Origin: Patescibacteria group bacterium
GTDB lineage: Bacteria > Patescibacteriota > Minisyncoccia > Phycocordibacterales > Phycocordibacteraceae
Direction: 5' to 3'
Assembly: GCA_040390125.1 (NCBI GenBank)
Contig: JAZJYZ010000001.1
Span: 70,428-134,427 of the forward strand
DNA length: 64,000 bases
Position 1 is the first letter of the stretch. Each line of letters opens with the position of its first letter. Shown in pieces: positions 36,201 to 44,439 of the stretch. Below the pieces are notes generated by a model, which saw only the letters and a list, made by a program, of their open reading frames with translations, had not been told where the DNA came from and did no database searches. The translations under genes were made by a program, and so were the position numbers.

Positions 36201-36660
36201 AGTAATTGCGATAATTAAAGAACTTGTTTCAAGAATGGGCTTACACCTCAAGGATGTTCAGGTATCTGAGGTTGCGGGGCACACGCTTTTCACACTTCTT
36301 TCCGATGATTCAGGAGCTCTTATTGGTACCGGGGGAGAGACACTCCACGCCTTAAACCATATAGTCAAAAAATCGCTTGAGTCGGGGACAAAAACAGACG
36401 AGCCATTTCGTTTCGTTGTTGATGTTAATGGGTACCACCTAAAACATATCAAAATGCTTGAAGCACAAGCTCACATGCTTGCTGAGCGTGCACGCACATT
36501 CAAATACGACATCGATATGAGCCCTATGAGTCCGTACGACCGTATGATCGTTCACGCATCACTACAAGGCTCTCCAGACGTCCTTACAGAATCAAACGGC
36601 GAAGGAAAGCTTCGGCACATCGTGATCCGCTATAAGGGAGAGACTCCACCAACGGTGTAA
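36187..36660 (+). CDS. jag: Jag/KhpB-like RNA-binding protein (R3H domain)
   Basis: MEKDKVIAIIKELVSRMGL... with a C-terminal R3H-like segment. It overlaps the yidC end by 14 nt. Confidence 0.7.
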   Translation: MEKDKVIAIIKELVSRMGLHLKDVQVSEVAGHTLFTLLSDDSGALIGTGGETLHALNHIVKKSLESGTKTDEPFRFVVDVNGYHLKHIKMLEAQAHMLAERARTFKYDIDMSPMSPYDRMIVHASLQGSPDVLTESNGEGKLRHIVIRYKGETPPTV

Positions 36661-36668
36661 GTTCACTG

Positions 36669-37886
36669 CTACTCGTCTCGAGTGAGGTCGAGCGACCATA
36701 AAGTGAGGTCGTTTTTATTCATGAATGTGACGTATTTTTGATCAGGAGAAATCACTGGGTTTATTAGATCAACTGGTGTGCCTGCTATTTCTTCAAGATG
36801 TCCTAATGACTGAGCTGTGCTTTCAAGGGGACGAATAATCCATGCGGAGTCATTGCGGGCAATTTTTCCTAAGAGCCAGTCGTCAGGAAGTGCAATGCTA
36901 CCTGCCATGAGAGGATCTGAAACCCCGCAGAATACAAGAGGAGCTTCCTCGGAAATCCACGCACACTTTGTTGCAAGCGTTCCCAAAGGCGATGCATAGG
37001 TTTGTCCGGTTTTAGTATCCACCATTCCCAAAGTAGTGCGAATGCCTACACCACTGCTATAAAGCACGTAACGCCCTCCCGGGCTTGGTAGTGCGAGTAG
37101 CCCCGGTACGTCACCTATAATTTTTGTCAGAGTGCCATTGGTTTTGATTTCATATAAAAACCCAGAGATTCCGGAGGATGGTGCACTTGCTATAAAGAAA
37201 CGCTCTCCGCCAGCTAAGGGTACCCATGAGCGAATGGGAGACAATAGAACTGTTCGAGGTTTAGCTCCATCAGGTTGCATGAGCTCTATGTGTGAACCGC
37301 CCGAGGTTTCGCTCACGGTAAGCATGGTTAATCCGCTTTTTGCCACTGCAGAACGCTTGAATCCTTTGAGCGGAAGCGTATACACGGACTGCTGAGAACT
37401 TGTTGCATTTAAAACCGCGAACGCATTAACGATTGTTTCTGTGTCGGGCAATGTACGGAGTAGCAGTGTGGAATCGGTAATCGCAATCAAATCTTGTATT
37501 AGGGGGATGGTGGTGTTGGAGAGTCGTACTTCTGTGTATGAGTCTACTGGTGTTTCAAATATATGTCCCGTCGCTCTTTCCATGAAGCGAATGTGCGAAG
37601 GAGTGGTGGTACTCGCTTCCGAGGCAAACCATGATCCTGCCGTTGGGCGACTGCTCACTTGGCGGAGGCGTGTAAGTACTTTTTGTACGGAAACTTCTTC
37701 GGTGCTCCCTTCAGGTGTTTTTGTTGCAGGAGTTCCAGCTCCGAATGGGAAAAATGCACTGAAAAAATCTCTTGGTGCTGGGGTGCCGCCATTCGGTGTT
37801 TTTTGGGCAGTGAAAAAAAAGTACCCCGAAACTAAGACAATGCCGAAGAGAAAGAGAACGACAATGAGGATGAGACGTCTATTCAT
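36669..37886 (-). CDS. Secreted beta-propeller (TolB/PD40-like) protein, hypothetical
   Basis: 405 aa with an N-terminal TM/signal and PD40-like segments (SPGGRYVLYSS, SPDQKYVTFMN). Confidence 0.45.
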   Translation of the reverse strand: MNRRLILIVVLFLFGIVLVSGYFFFTAQKTPNGGTPAPRDFFSAFFPFGAGTPATKTPEGSTEEVSVQKVLTRLRQVSSRPTAGSWFASEASTTTPSHIRFMERATGHIFETPVDSYTEVRLSNTTIPLIQDLIAITDSTLLLRTLPDTETIVNAFAVLNATSSQQSVYTLPLKGFKRSAVAKSGLTMLTVSETSGGSHIELMQPDGAKPRTVLLSPIRSWVPLAGGERFFIASAPSSGISGFLYEIKTNGTLTKIIGDVPGLLALPSPGGRYVLYSSGVGIRTTLGMVDTKTGQTYASPLGTLATKCAWISEEAPLVFCGVSDPLMAGSIALPDDWLLGKIARNDSAWIIRPLESTAQSLGHLEEIAGTPVDLINPVISPDQKYVTFMNKNDLTLWSLDLTRDE

Positions 37887-37898
37887 AGAAGCTCAAAG

Positions 37899-38597
37899 TT
37901 ATTTAGGGAGGGCACAGCACTGGTACCCTTCCGCAAGAGCCGGGCAACACTGGTTGTTTATTCTGGAGTAACCGACATCCATGAGTCGTTCACACGAGGC
38001 CCCGGTGGGCACAGCTCGAGGATTCTTAAATTGCGTACACGCCACCGTTACTTCCGCAGCTTGGGACACTGTTGGAACGGTACAGATAATAACAGACTCA
38101 TTTTTTGTAGCAGTTCCACCTTGCTTTTTGCAGTCTGCTTCGCTCGTTGCAGGAATTGTCGTTCGAGCGTCACTTTCAAAACTGCCCAGCATCGTTAAAT
38201 CTTTGGTAAGTGCATCCAGGTTAAGAATATTGGGGTTAATCACGTGCAAAATTACATATGCCAAGAGAAGCAGGATAAGACCCATCGCCGCACCCTGCAG
38301 GCCCTCCATCGCAGCCTGCTTTTTACCGACGACATCTGATGCCATGTATTTGAATCCGTCGAACGTAATCATGATGACCCCAAGGATTGCCGCAATGGCA
38401 ATCGTGAGCCCAAACACCGCATTCAGGTAGCTGGTGAGCGAGGTGCTGGAATCAACGGCACCACTTCCAGTTGGGAGTGGCACTGAGACGATTGGTTGAA
38501 ACTGAAATTGCGGAGCTTTGTCTGCCGCTAGTGCAGGAGTTATTCCTCCGAGGAGTGAAGCGAAGAGAAATGCGAGGGTTATGAGTATGCGGGACAT
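37899..38597 (-). CDS. VirB2/TrbC-like pilin candidate with a Cys-rich C-terminal extension
   Basis: Signal peptide (...ITPALAADKA), then two hydrophobic helices separated by a short loop (LTIAIAAILGVIMITF / AAMGLILLLLAYVILHVI), then a tail with 8 Cys. I chose the internal Met start, which gives a 4-nt-type overlap with the upstream gene. Confidence 0.4.
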   Translation of the reverse strand: MSRILITLAFLFASLLGGITPALAADKAPQFQFQPIVSVPLPTGSGAVDSSTSLTSYLNAVFGLTIAIAAILGVIMITFDGFKYMASDVVGKKQAAMEGLQGAAMGLILLLLAYVILHVINPNILNLDALTKDLTMLGSFESDARTTIPATSEADCKKQGGTATKNESVIICTVPTVSQAAEVTVACTQFKNPRAVPTGASCERLMDVGYSRINNQCCPALAEGYQCCALPK

Positions 38598-38598
38598 A

Positions 38599-39567
38599 TT
38601 AAAATGTAAGTTGGAATGATGTGTTTGCATGTTCTAAGAATTTTTTTATGTTTTCAAAAGATACACGCACCGTGTGTGCGCCACTTCCAGTTCCAACTTT
38701 TCTAAATGTTGCACTCTGTGGCTTTGTTGGATCGACAGTAAAGGGCACCGTGTCGAGAGTCCATGTGTATGATACGTCACCGGTGTTCTCTATGGAAAGA
38801 GGGTACGCAACAAATGATACTTCGTCTCCAGTTAGTGGAAACAATGCTGTGTGTGCCTTATCAAATCGCACGCCAAGTAGTGGCGCATCCTCGTATATAA
38901 CCAGAGATGGCGTTTGAGGCTGCACCGTGAGCGACTGCTCGCCAGCAATGGAGCCGTCTTGCGTGCTCACCACAACGGAGACAGTGAATGCGCCTCCGAA
39001 GCTGGGGGCTGTGACCACCGCACTCCATTTACCGTACCCAGATTGCTTTTGCAAAGGTACGTTATTTACTTTCCATGAATATACCAATGCGTTTGAAGGG
39101 GCCTCAGCTCCGTTTATTACCAAATGCGGTATAGCCATGAGTGTAACGGAACTGTGACCATTGGGGAGTGGGCGTCCGATGTAAAGAGCTGGCGTGTATG
39201 TGTTCCCTTCCCAGAGGATATCGACTGACGCTGGTCGAATAATGGTTATGCCGTCCGCTCGAGCGGAGTTGTTTTCGACCGCAATAACACGAATGGTTTC
39301 CGTCGTGCCCAAGCCATCGAGAATAATGGCAATTGAGGTGTGGTCAATTCCTTGGTCAACAACCTCACCGTTCAGACTCCATACGTATGCGGTGGTACCT
39401 ACTTCCCTGCCTGGATCAGAGACCGTCAATGTAACCTGGCTTCCTGGTCGTGGGTGTGCAGGGTTCACCCCTATTTCGAGCTCGGAGCTGAACGTTGGCA
39501 GAATTTCCGCCGAAGCGAAGACTGGAGCCAGGAATAGTAAAGAAAGCGCAAATGTCGCCCGAAGCAT
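38599..39567 (-). CDS. Secreted beta-rich protein, hypothetical (T4SS-like cluster)
   Basis: 322 aa with an N-terminal signal peptide (MLRATFALSLLFLAPVFASA). Confidence 0.45.
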   Translation of the reverse strand: MLRATFALSLLFLAPVFASAEILPTFSSELEIGVNPAHPRPGSQVTLTVSDPGREVGTTAYVWSLNGEVVDQGIDHTSIAIILDGLGTTETIRVIAVENNSARADGITIIRPASVDILWEGNTYTPALYIGRPLPNGHSSVTLMAIPHLVINGAEAPSNALVYSWKVNNVPLQKQSGYGKWSAVVTAPSFGGAFTVSVVVSTQDGSIAGEQSLTVQPQTPSLVIYEDAPLLGVRFDKAHTALFPLTGDEVSFVAYPLSIENTGDVSYTWTLDTVPFTVDPTKPQSATFRKVGTGSGAHTVRVSFENIKKFLEHANTSFQLTF

Positions 39568-39574
39568 CTGTTCA

Positions 39575-39738
39575 TTATAAGGGATGGGGAAGCTTTCAGC
39601 TTTCAGCTTTCAGCTTTCAGGGGGGAAATCAGCAGGGAGGCTTCTAGCGGACAGGCGATGTTTCATCGGATCCGTAGGGATCATTTAGCGTCTAGCTTTA
39701 ACTGCAGAAGCTAGTCGCTAAACGCTAGCCGCTATCCC
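39575..39738. repeat. Oligo-repeat spacer ((agctttcag)x3, agctagtcgctaaacgctagc) plus a 32-nt motif shared with 13045-13076
   Basis: Seen directly in the sequence. Confidence 0.55.
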
Positions 39739-41550
39739 CTAGCTGTTTCCCTCTCTTTTCTCCCGTGCTATCGAAAGCAACTGGGATGGGTCTGAGGTAA
39801 TTATCTGGTCTTCTGTGTAGGAGGCGATGATTTTTATGGCTACGTGCTTAAGACCTGCGAAGAAAATACCTTCACCGACGTCAGATTCTAGAAGCAGGTA
39901 TTTCTCCTCCTCGGTTAAGTTGAAGGTTTTTTGCACGGCCTCTATGGATGTGGGTGACTGCTTGAGAAGAATCTGAATAGAAGAGTTGGTGAGCATCGGC
40001 AAACCGTAGGGAGACTTCAAGAAGTCTTCTACGTCTTGAGTAATAGTGGCGAGCCCCAGATAGTATTTTCTTCCACGTTTCGCCATACCATAGAGGAATG
40101 CAGCAGTGTCTTCAGATTTCATCATCCACCACGCCTCGTCAATGACGAGCAGACGTTTACGCAGGTCCTTCCTGACCGCATTCCAAATAAAGTGCGTAAT
40201 GATATACATCGCAATCGTTTTTAGCTCGTCTTCCATGTTTCGAACTGAAAACGCCACGAACTTTTTGTTGATGTCTACGTTTGTTGGTCGGTTAATGAAG
40301 CCAGACCACGTACCTTTTGTGTATTTTGTAACTCTCTGCACCAAGGACTCGCTTCCTTCCATGCCTGCAAGCACAAGTTCGAAGTCAGACAAAAGCGGCG
40401 GCTCCATGTTGGTGAAGTCGTTGGCACCAGTGATGTCTTTAAGTGCGTACGTTTCTGTAATGGCCCGATCAATAATTGCATCTTCTTCAGGGGTAAGACC
40501 GCCAAGCATCAACCGAAACAATCCCACTAAGTTGATTATGTTTGATCGCAAGATGTCAGCCGGCGATTCATCTTCACGTGGCACCGGCAAATCGAAAGGG
40601 TTGATGCGGTTTTCTGAAGACAGTGAAATATTGAAAAATCTTCCACCAACGGCGTTTGCCAGGTACTCGTATTCGCTTTCAGGGTCTATGACGATGACTT
40701 CAGTGTCGAACATGAGCGACCGCAATATTTCAAGCTTCGTACCATATGACTTTCCGGAGCCAGATTTCGCAAAGGTGACGGAGTTATAGTTTTCCAAGGA
40801 AAATCTGTCGAACAAGATTAACGATGAGTTGTGTCTGTTAATGCCGTACAGAATTCCCTTGTCGCTTGTGAGGTCGAATGAAATGAATGGGAAGAAGCTT
40901 GAAAGCGGAGCAGAGTTCATTTTTGAGTTAACGGCGAGCTGGTCATCCCCTATCGGTATGACGCTTCGAAATCCCTGCTCTTGCTGGAAGAGAGCTGGTT
41001 TTATGTATACGAGTTTTGCGTCAAGAATCGAACGCATTTCGGCCTCTGTTTTGTCGAGCTCATCTTGGTTCGTGCCATAAATCGATATATAAAGACCAAC
41101 ATCAAATATGCGTTCTTGTGCCTGCTGGAGTTGATCACGGAGTTGTTCAATGTCTTGGGAGGCCGTGTCGAGTATTGGGTCACGCACCATCCCCTTCTCT
41201 TGGCGTGTCATTCTTTGGCTTTGAACCTCGGCAACCTTTTTCTGTAGTTTTCGAAGGACTGCCGCAGTGTCGATTGGATGGATGAATATAGAAATATCCA
41301 AAACCCTGTCACGGTTAATGATTGGTGCAAACCATGTGCCAGACAAAAAGCGAGGATATGAAATCACGTAAAAGGTACGCACCAGCTTGTCGCCCAAGTT
41401 CATCTCACGAGGAGTAATTTTGAGAGCTGACGGTGCAATAATGTCAGCAAAGTCTAACTTCGCCGCTTCGTAAATGTCTTTTGGCAAAAACGGCGTCAGT
41501 GCGTCTTTCTTTTTTGTTCCTTTCCCAGTGAATGCGTCGAAAATTCCCAT
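39739..41550 (-). CDS. Type IV secretion/conjugation ATPase, VirB4/TraC/TrbE class (C-terminal ATPase portion)
   Basis: 603 aa with Walker A FAKSGSGKSYG, DPESEY and Walker B LLVIDEAWWMM. The overall pattern matches VirB4-family ATPases. Confidence 0.7.
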   Translation of the reverse strand: MGIFDAFTGKGTKKKDALTPFLPKDIYEAAKLDFADIIAPSALKITPREMNLGDKLVRTFYVISYPRFLSGTWFAPIINRDRVLDISIFIHPIDTAAVLRKLQKKVAEVQSQRMTRQEKGMVRDPILDTASQDIEQLRDQLQQAQERIFDVGLYISIYGTNQDELDKTEAEMRSILDAKLVYIKPALFQQEQGFRSVIPIGDDQLAVNSKMNSAPLSSFFPFISFDLTSDKGILYGINRHNSSLILFDRFSLENYNSVTFAKSGSGKSYGTKLEILRSLMFDTEVIVIDPESEYEYLANAVGGRFFNISLSSENRINPFDLPVPREDESPADILRSNIINLVGLFRLMLGGLTPEEDAIIDRAITETYALKDITGANDFTNMEPPLLSDFELVLAGMEGSESLVQRVTKYTKGTWSGFINRPTNVDINKKFVAFSVRNMEDELKTIAMYIITHFIWNAVRKDLRKRLLVIDEAWWMMKSEDTAAFLYGMAKRGRKYYLGLATITQDVEDFLKSPYGLPMLTNSSIQILLKQSPTSIEAVQKTFNLTEEEKYLLLESDVGEGIFFAGLKHVAIKIIASYTEDQIITSDPSQLLSIAREKREGNS

Positions 41551-41552
41551 AT

Positions 41553-42227
41553 TTATTGAGTTTCAGCTGGCTGTTCCATAACAATTGGTTTTTCTAATTC
41601 GCCCGGATTAAATTCCTTATACAAAAGTTCAATCACCTCTTCAGTGCCAAGGGGTACTGTTCGCACTCCCGTGCGGGCAAGTCCTTGCTCCACCGTTCCC
41701 ATTCTTTGCTCAAGTTGAGTGCGGTGCTCTTCAAATCCTATGGCCCCTTTATCTTGCCTCGCAGAAAGATCAGTTTTCCCGAAAATTTTGTTTTGCACAG
41801 TCTTTTTAATATCAAGCATTGGAGGAGCATACGGAATCACTATAAAGAAGTGCTTGCTCATGATGTTGGCACGTTCAGTGAATGTTTTTATGAATTCTAT
41901 ATATTCACGCACCTGTATTTTCATGAGCTCCTCTGTTTGTGCTTTGAGACGCTCTTCAAGGAGTGCGATATAAGGACGGATGTCCAGTTTTCGAGATTGA
42001 ATGAAAAACTGTACGCTGAAATCGAGCGAATTCATGAAGCTCTGAAATTGCGAGAGTATCGCATTCTGCTCGTCTTCGGATTTAAGTGCGAAGTTCACGG
42101 ATGACGCTAGCATCACCCCCACGAGCGTTCCGCTTTTCATTACCATCACGCCCCCACGCACTTCTTTCACCGGAACGAAGTCCTGTGCCGCTTTTGTTTT
42201 TGCTGTTTTTTCGTCTCCGCCTGCCAT
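41553..42227 (-). CDS. Protein encoded immediately upstream of VirB4 with a 4-nt overlap; possibly a separately encoded VirB4 N-terminal domain
   Basis: 224 aa. 224 + 603 is about the size of a full VirB4 (around 800 aa). ATGA overlap. Confidence 0.4.
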   Translation of the reverse strand: MAGGDEKTAKTKAAQDFVPVKEVRGGVMVMKSGTLVGVMLASSVNFALKSEDEQNAILSQFQSFMNSLDFSVQFFIQSRKLDIRPYIALLEERLKAQTEELMKIQVREYIEFIKTFTERANIMSKHFFIVIPYAPPMLDIKKTVQNKIFGKTDLSARQDKGAIGFEEHRTQLEQRMGTVEQGLARTGVRTVPLGTEEVIELLYKEFNPGELEKPIVMEQPAETQ

Positions 42228-42249
42228 AGTATTTGAAAGGTTCTAGCTT

Positions 42250-42630
42250 CTAGGTGCTAGCTTTAAGGCTAGCAATCACAGCGACAAGCATTCTTGAAAC
42301 TTCTTCGAGCATTGCCGTCGATTCATTATAGTCGATTTTTTCTCCGTATTCTAAGCGTTTAGCCATTTCCAACTGTGTTTCTAGCTCTGAAGTAGATCCT
42401 AATGCGATGTGTAAAAATTGTGCAAAATCTTTTCTGGTACCACGTGATCTACCTTCGGCTATATTGGAAGGAATAGAAACAGCACTTCTTCTCATTTGAG
42501 AAATAAGTCCAAATTTTTCTTCCGATGGAAACTTTGAAGTAAATTTGTAAATAACCATTGCTAAATCTACCCCCTTTTGCCAAACAATCAGGTCTTTATG
42601 AGAACGTATTTGAGTTTTAGTTTTTTGCAT
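42250..42630 (-). CDS. Four-helix-bundle protein ('23S rRNA intervening-sequence protein' family), paralog 1
   Basis: 126 aa with LIVWQKGVDLAMVIYKFTSKFPSEEKFGLISQMRRSAVSIPSNIAEGRSR...FLHIALGSTSELETQL, the family signature. Confidence 0.7.
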   Translation of the reverse strand: MQKTKTQIRSHKDLIVWQKGVDLAMVIYKFTSKFPSEEKFGLISQMRRSAVSIPSNIAEGRSRGTRKDFAQFLHIALGSTSELETQLEMAKRLEYGEKIDYNESTAMLEEVSRMLVAVIASLKAST

Positions 42631-42674
42631 TTGAAAGCTAGCACCTAGAACCTAGTCCCTAGCACCCCCCCCCT

Positions 42675-43112
42675 CTACTGTTGTTTCTTGTCACTATATA
42701 CACTCTCCTTTATATCCAAACTCCACGCCAGATCTTTTATCTTGTTCGAGGTTGCTGAGGGCACATATTTTGAAGGATCTTCAGCACGTATTTCTCCTGG
42801 CAGTATGATTTCGTCAGGCAGTACCGTTTTTGATTGCTTCTTTTCCCAAATGTAGAGTTTAGTGCGAAATAGGTATTGAAAACCTGCCTCAAGAGCATTG
42901 ATGAGTGGTCGGTCATTTATTTTATAGAATGCGAGTCCAGCACCTAGTGCCGCTACGGGTCCGCCTATAAGGATGGCAAGCCAATGGGGAGCAATGAGCC
43001 ACATGGCAAACAAGAACCCACCTCCTCCAATGAGATAGATGAATTGCACTGCGGTTAAGGGACCGAAGATTTTATCTTCAACTTCTACGAATTGTGGTAC
43101 TTGGAATTGCAT
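42675..43112 (-). CDS. Small membrane protein, VirB3/PrgI-like candidate
   Basis: 145 aa with 2 TM helices near the N-terminus. Its size and position upstream of VirB4 fit. Confidence 0.35.
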   Translation of the reverse strand: MQFQVPQFVEVEDKIFGPLTAVQFIYLIGGGGFLFAMWLIAPHWLAILIGGPVAALGAGLAFYKINDRPLINALEAGFQYLFRTKLYIWEKKQSKTVLPDEIILPGEIRAEDPSKYVPSATSNKIKDLAWSLDIKESVYSDKKQQ

Positions 43113-43171
43113 GGAAGTGAATAGAACAGTGAACAGAGTACAGTGTACAGTGAACAGAGAGAAAAATGGAG

Positions 43172-43564
43172 TTACGTATGTGCTTTTGTTTTCAATACTG
43201 CGATAAGTTTTGAAAGCATGAGTTTAAGTTCAAGGGTTTGTTGGCGTAAATTGACACATTCTTTATTTGAGGAAAATTTGAGTTTTTCGGCTATAACAAT
43301 TTGAGTATCTAACTCCGCAAGTGAACCAAGTGCAATGTGCAAAAACTGTATAAAGTCTTTAGTGGTATTACGTGATTTCCCTTCAGCAATATTTGATGGA
43401 ATAGAAACCGCTGACCTCCGCATCTGAGAGATAAGTCCAAATTTTTCATCGGACGGATATTTTGATGTCGCAATATATATTTTTTCTACAAGGTTGATTG
43501 ATTTCTGCCACACCAATAAATTCTCATGCGAAGCTACACGGCCACCGTTATCAGAGTCACTCAT
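43172..43564 (-). CDS. Four-helix-bundle protein ('23S rRNA intervening-sequence protein' family), paralog 2
   Basis: 130 aa with LLVWQKSINLVEKIYIATSKYPSDEKFGLISQMRRSAVSIPSNIAEGKSR...FLHIALGSLAELDTQI, over 60% identical to paralog 1. Confidence 0.7.
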   Translation of the reverse strand: MSDSDNGGRVASHENLLVWQKSINLVEKIYIATSKYPSDEKFGLISQMRRSAVSIPSNIAEGKSRNTTKDFIQFLHIALGSLAELDTQIVIAEKLKFSSNKECVNLRQQTLELKLMLSKLIAVLKTKAHT

Positions 43565-43629
43565 ATTTTCTAGCTTCTTAATTCAGCGTCTTAAAGCTGT
43601 ACACTGTTCACTAAACACTATCCCCTACC

Positions 43630-44436
43630 TCATTCCACTGGTTCTCTATACGGGTCCACTCCTCCTTTATATATTGGTTTTGCTGATGTTGGCGACGGTG
43701 GGGGCGTTGGTGCTTTTTCTGCGACCGGTGTTTCTTTTGCAGGCTGAACGCTCTCCGCAGGAGCTGGTTCAGATTTAGGGGTTGTTTCTAGCCCGAGTTT
43801 TTGTAGGGCGATGTTTGGCTGTATTGGAGAGATACGAGGTGCGCTCGAGTCAGTCTCTCTTGGTTTCAGTTCTATTGAGTTGTCATGCTCTGGTACTGGA
43901 GTTTTTTCAGCTTCAAGGAGTGCTTCTGCAAGCTCCTTGTCCGCCTCCTCTTGCAATTTTTGAGCCTCCTCTTGCTCGGCTTTTTCTAGTGCCAACAGTT
44001 CCGGGTCATCGTCTGCCAGGTACTCTATTCTTTCTCTACGTGCATTTTCGGCTATTTCTTCTGCGGTAAGTTCTCGTTCGGGTTCGGAGACTCCCTCCGC
44101 AACTTTCTTAGGTTCGAGGATACCCTCTTTGAGGCGTCTTTTTGCTTCCTTAAATAGGCGGTCATTCATGTCAGCAACGAGTTCATGCGTTATTGCGTTC
44201 GACAGCTCCGGCATCCATTGGTGCAGATTTGTTTCAAGGGCCGACTCTGCTTCCAATCCCATCAACGTGACGTTGCCAATTTCGCTTATTATCATAAGCT
44301 CCCGTAAATCCAGGTTGAACTTTTTTTGTATCCCAATATAGATATTTGTTAAGGCTTCTGTACCTAGGAAATCAGAAACCGACTCAGGTAGTTTTTTTCT
44401 CGCTTCATCTTTTTCTTCGTTGGTGTGGGGTTTCAT
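43630..44436 (-). CDS. Acidic coiled-coil protein with a Pro/Thr-rich C-terminus, hypothetical
   Basis: 268 aa. E/K-rich heptad-like region, then PAPAESVQPAKETPVAEKAPTPPPSPTSAKP. Confidence 0.45.
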   Translation of the reverse strand: MKPHTNEEKDEARKKLPESVSDFLGTEALTNIYIGIQKKFNLDLRELMIISEIGNVTLMGLEAESALETNLHQWMPELSNAITHELVADMNDRLFKEAKRRLKEGILEPKKVAEGVSEPERELTAEEIAENARRERIEYLADDDPELLALEKAEQEEAQKLQEEADKELAEALLEAEKTPVPEHDNSIELKPRETDSSAPRISPIQPNIALQKLGLETTPKSEPAPAESVQPAKETPVAEKAPTPPPSPTSAKPIYKGGVDPYREPVE

Positions 44437-44439
44437 AGG

